Assembly: GCA_051530055.1 (NCBI GenBank)
Contig: CM121341.1
Span: 11,448,784-11,512,783, forward strand
Origin: Neoechinorhynchus agilis
Taxonomy: Eukaryota > Animalia > Acanthocephala
Reading direction: 5' to 3'
Length of the DNA stretch: 64,000 nt
A program made the position numbers and the translations under genes. Shown here in pieces: positions 61,108 to 64,000 of this stretch (the first letter of the stretch is position 1; every line of letters starts with the position of its first letter). The notes under the pieces were generated by a model, which saw only the letters and a program-made list of their open reading frames with translations, did not search any database and was not told where the DNA came from.

Positions 61108-61418
61108 TGCTACCTGTTTCTTTTGTTATGCTAATAATTTTAACATTGCTTGTAATTTCTAAGAATCTTAAGTCATTCTCAAGCTTTTAAGTCCGGTAAG
61201 TAAAACGAATTATTTGATGTACCCATAATTTTATGTTGTCCGGGAAAAGTCGCCTAATCGGTATTGGACTACGAATGCACCATTAATACAGTCAACTCCT
61301 TTAAAATGATTCCGTATCGTTACATAAATGGGCATTGTATACATTTTGATTGGTCTTATCCGCTAAAAAAATTATTTTTTGGCACATAAAGTATTTTAAT
61401 TTATTTGTCTGTGTATAT

Positions 61419-64000
61419 CTAAGCATAATATGTTAAAACGTTCTCGTGGTTTCCTCTGAGCATCACCACTGGTGGAAGATCCTTACTGATAAAATCGAGT
61501 AATGCCAGGTACATTGCGACTGATTCGCCGTGTTGTTGTGGGACAGGAAGAGTTCTAAAGACAAGTGAAATGAAATTAAACGTACCGGATGAAAATGTCG
61601 ATATGTGAGGTACCAAGGAATGTGGTTGGGTTTATTGCTTAGAAGTCTTGGTAAATGTTTATTTATTAAAGACGTTTTGCGACCCTCGTCGGGTTCATCA
61701 TCAGTTTGTTAGTTAGTAAAAGACGCTAAGAAACTGGTGATGAACCCGACGAGGTTCGCAGAACGTCCTTAATCGAAATAGTCATTTGCCGGGTGAAGAC
61801 TTCTAAACAATAATTCGTACCGGATGAACTTATTTTAAATGTGATCAAAGACGAAGGAAACATGTTAAAGCCGAAATTTGATTTATTGTTTGAGCGCATA
61901 AACTTAAAATGTAATCCAATCTACTGTCGAGATTAAAAATGATGTATCATATACAATGTTTAACAAAAAGTAAAGATTAAATTCGAAGCGTTTAGACAAT
62001 ATTTTATATAAATCAACTTGATCCTTAATTTAAGTATGATATAAAAAATTCTGATTTCAAACGATGAATGCTCATTGATATTTTAGAGTTTATAAAAAAA
62101 TAAATGGTTTACAGATAAATAGCTATAATAGACAGGGAAATATTTGTCGAGAATCGAATATATAAAATCGGACGAGTGTATTAATGCATCTGCTATACGC
62201 CAACGTGAGCTTCAAAAATTAGCCAGGATTAAAATGTACATGCCGTTTAAGCTTTAGAAATTTTTCTAATGTTCCGATGAAAATGTTATATTGGAAATAA
62301 CATGTTGAGAAATTTCAAATTAGTTTGTACGAAACTTTAAGATTTTTTATGATCAAGTGAATGTAAGATAATATCATAGGTACGCATTTAGAAAGGCAAC
62401 GTTTTATAAATTGTCGAATAAGTAAACTCTGTCTTAATTTCTTAATAATACAAGAAAGGATTTTTCCAAAGTGGATAACTTACATGAATATAATATGCGA
62501 TTTAATTGAGTATTCGTTTAATAACTCCTTTAATCTCACACTACGTTGTTTCTACAATTTGACGGCACTTACAAAATTCCGATTTTTAAAGTTCACTCAC
62601 CTTTAATTCGTAATCATCAATATCTTGTTTGGATACACTAACACTTCTCCTATTGTCTTCTTCTTCTTTAATATCAGAAATAAATCTATCGAACTCAGTC
62701 ATTCTAAGTAGGAGGCTAGCGTAACGCATTTGATCGAAATGGACACTCACGAATCCTGCGACGGATGAGCGAAGAAATTACTGACCACAAATATCTGGTC
62801 ATAACGGATCCTAAATGAGTCCAACATATGTGCCATTCTAATGAAAATCAAAGAATGATGTCTTCAATATCAATAAGAGACATATGAACTTATCATGCTC
62901 CTCTGATGACTCTGCGGTCGATGGAATAAAAACACGAAGTTTACTTTTACGCCATCGTTTCCTTGTACTCAATAAATACGGTAATAGAAGGGTTAATCCT
63001 ATGAGAAACGACGATGGTAAAATTAAAATAACCATATAAGAATCACCTCCATCTTCAAACAGCCACCAAACGTCAATATGCTTTTGTTCTGAGGTCTCAA
63101 TAAGGTAAATCTTGCTTAAATCCGTTTTCGAAAAATCGTCTCTTCTGGTTTGATCAACTGACGGACCGTCCAATTTCTCAGTGCTTGTGTCATCAGCGAT
63201 AACACTTGTGAAATCATCCTCATCTTCTTCTTAAATCGTATTGGTAATATCAATACGTGAACACAAGCAAATTGTGATCAAAATGAGAATCGAATTTTTA
63301 CACTCAGATCTTCGGTATTAGTTTAAAAACCCAACTGAAGATGTCGTAAAGAAATAGTGATTGTTTCCAATCTTTAAACTATGTTTCCATGAAAACATGC
63401 CATTCTGAAAAAATCCTAATAGATTGTTAAACTGAACAGAATTCATCTACTTATTTATTTGTATTTCTAGAAATTAATCCAGAGTATTTTATAACCAAGT
63501 TTACCGTTATCTTTAACTTCAGGCGGAAAAAAATCAGCTGGAGGTACTTGATCGGACCCTTTCGCCAATCGCGTTATGGCTAATCCCATAGACATGTCCA
63601 ACGCATCGCTATGAAGGGGCTTTATACATGAAAAGACAAAGACAAAAACTTACTGAATAATATCGACATATTCTTTGATTTTTAAAGCATCGACGGATTT
63701 CCAGTCGTGTTTAAAGCCAAGCACTAGAATGTTTGGTCGCATTCCACCGAATCCGGAGCACTTTAAAATTTGAGAAGGTTGAAGTAGAATCACATGCAAG
63801 TGGAAAGAGTATACCTCCATTAGGGCACGAGCTCCTTTAAAGAGATTTTCTTCTAGAATCCAAGTATAAAATGAGTATATCTTGTGGTCTATTAGCCATT
63901 TCTGCAAAACGTTAGCGTCCGCCATGCACTCAAATACTTGTTTTCCTTTTGTTGGCTATAAGAAGGCAATTCAGTTCGTCTGTTGTCGAAGAAGTCAAAG
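61419..64000 (-). CDS. SLC12A: SLC12 cation-chloride cotransporter (NKCC/NCC-like), 3' exons; 5' end beyond the window
   Basis: WLIDHKIYSFY, GFGGMRPNILVLGFKHDW, DALDMSMGLAITR, HIDVWWLFEDGG/LTLLLPYLL...W..SKLRVF and the terminal TLPVP...MYLALLDFISKDLPPVVMLRGNHENVLTYYA. Confidence 0.92.
61632..61812. ncRNA. Inverted pair of hammerhead-like motifs inside the last SLC12 intron
   Basis: 43-bp arms 61665-61707 and 61731-61773 (39/43 complementary) with a 23-nt spacer; weaker pairing extends outward. Each arm reads AAA-CTG(A/G)TGA-T-GAACC-CGACGA-GG(G/T)TC-GCA(A/G)AAC-GTC. Confidence 0.55.

Overview
AT-rich animal (metazoan) genomic DNA from a compact genome with very short GT-AG introns (mostly 45-58 nt where I could delimit them). 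I cannot name the species from the sequence. Host genes recognised, left to right: a divergent CFAP20; two identical-protein copies of a small signal-peptide/propeptide/GKR/Gly-Pro-Met-Cys/Tyr precursor gene, forming the arms of a ~560-600 bp inverted repeat around an intronless catalase-fold gene that has lost the distal His and Asn; lunapark; slingshot phosphatase; an LRR-FN3-TM receptor; calsyntenin with a short tail lacking W-acidic motifs; an unidentified ~300-aa ORF; a broken or partial CTNNBL1; a secreted LRR-only ORF; AAMP/SQT1; a spliced 75-aa membrane microprotein missed by the ORF track; a ZRSR2-like U2AF35-family gene; a Notch-like EGF-TM-ankyrin receptor with no LNR repeats or RAM motif; and the 3' part of an SLC12 cotransporter. 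Repeats: a ~6.1-kb array of a 156-bp satellite, four CRE-like non-LTR retrotransposon remnants of different ages, Bel/Pao, hAT and pogo remnants, two small foldback (MITE-like) families, and a dispersed ~70-bp family whose consensus resembles a minimal Penelope-type hammerhead ribozyme, including an inverted pair in the last SLC12 intron. The strongest leads are the LNR-less Notch-like receptor, the pseudo-catalase/inverted peptide cassette and the hammerhead-like repeats. All homology calls are manual motif recognition against sequences recalled from memory; no database search was run.
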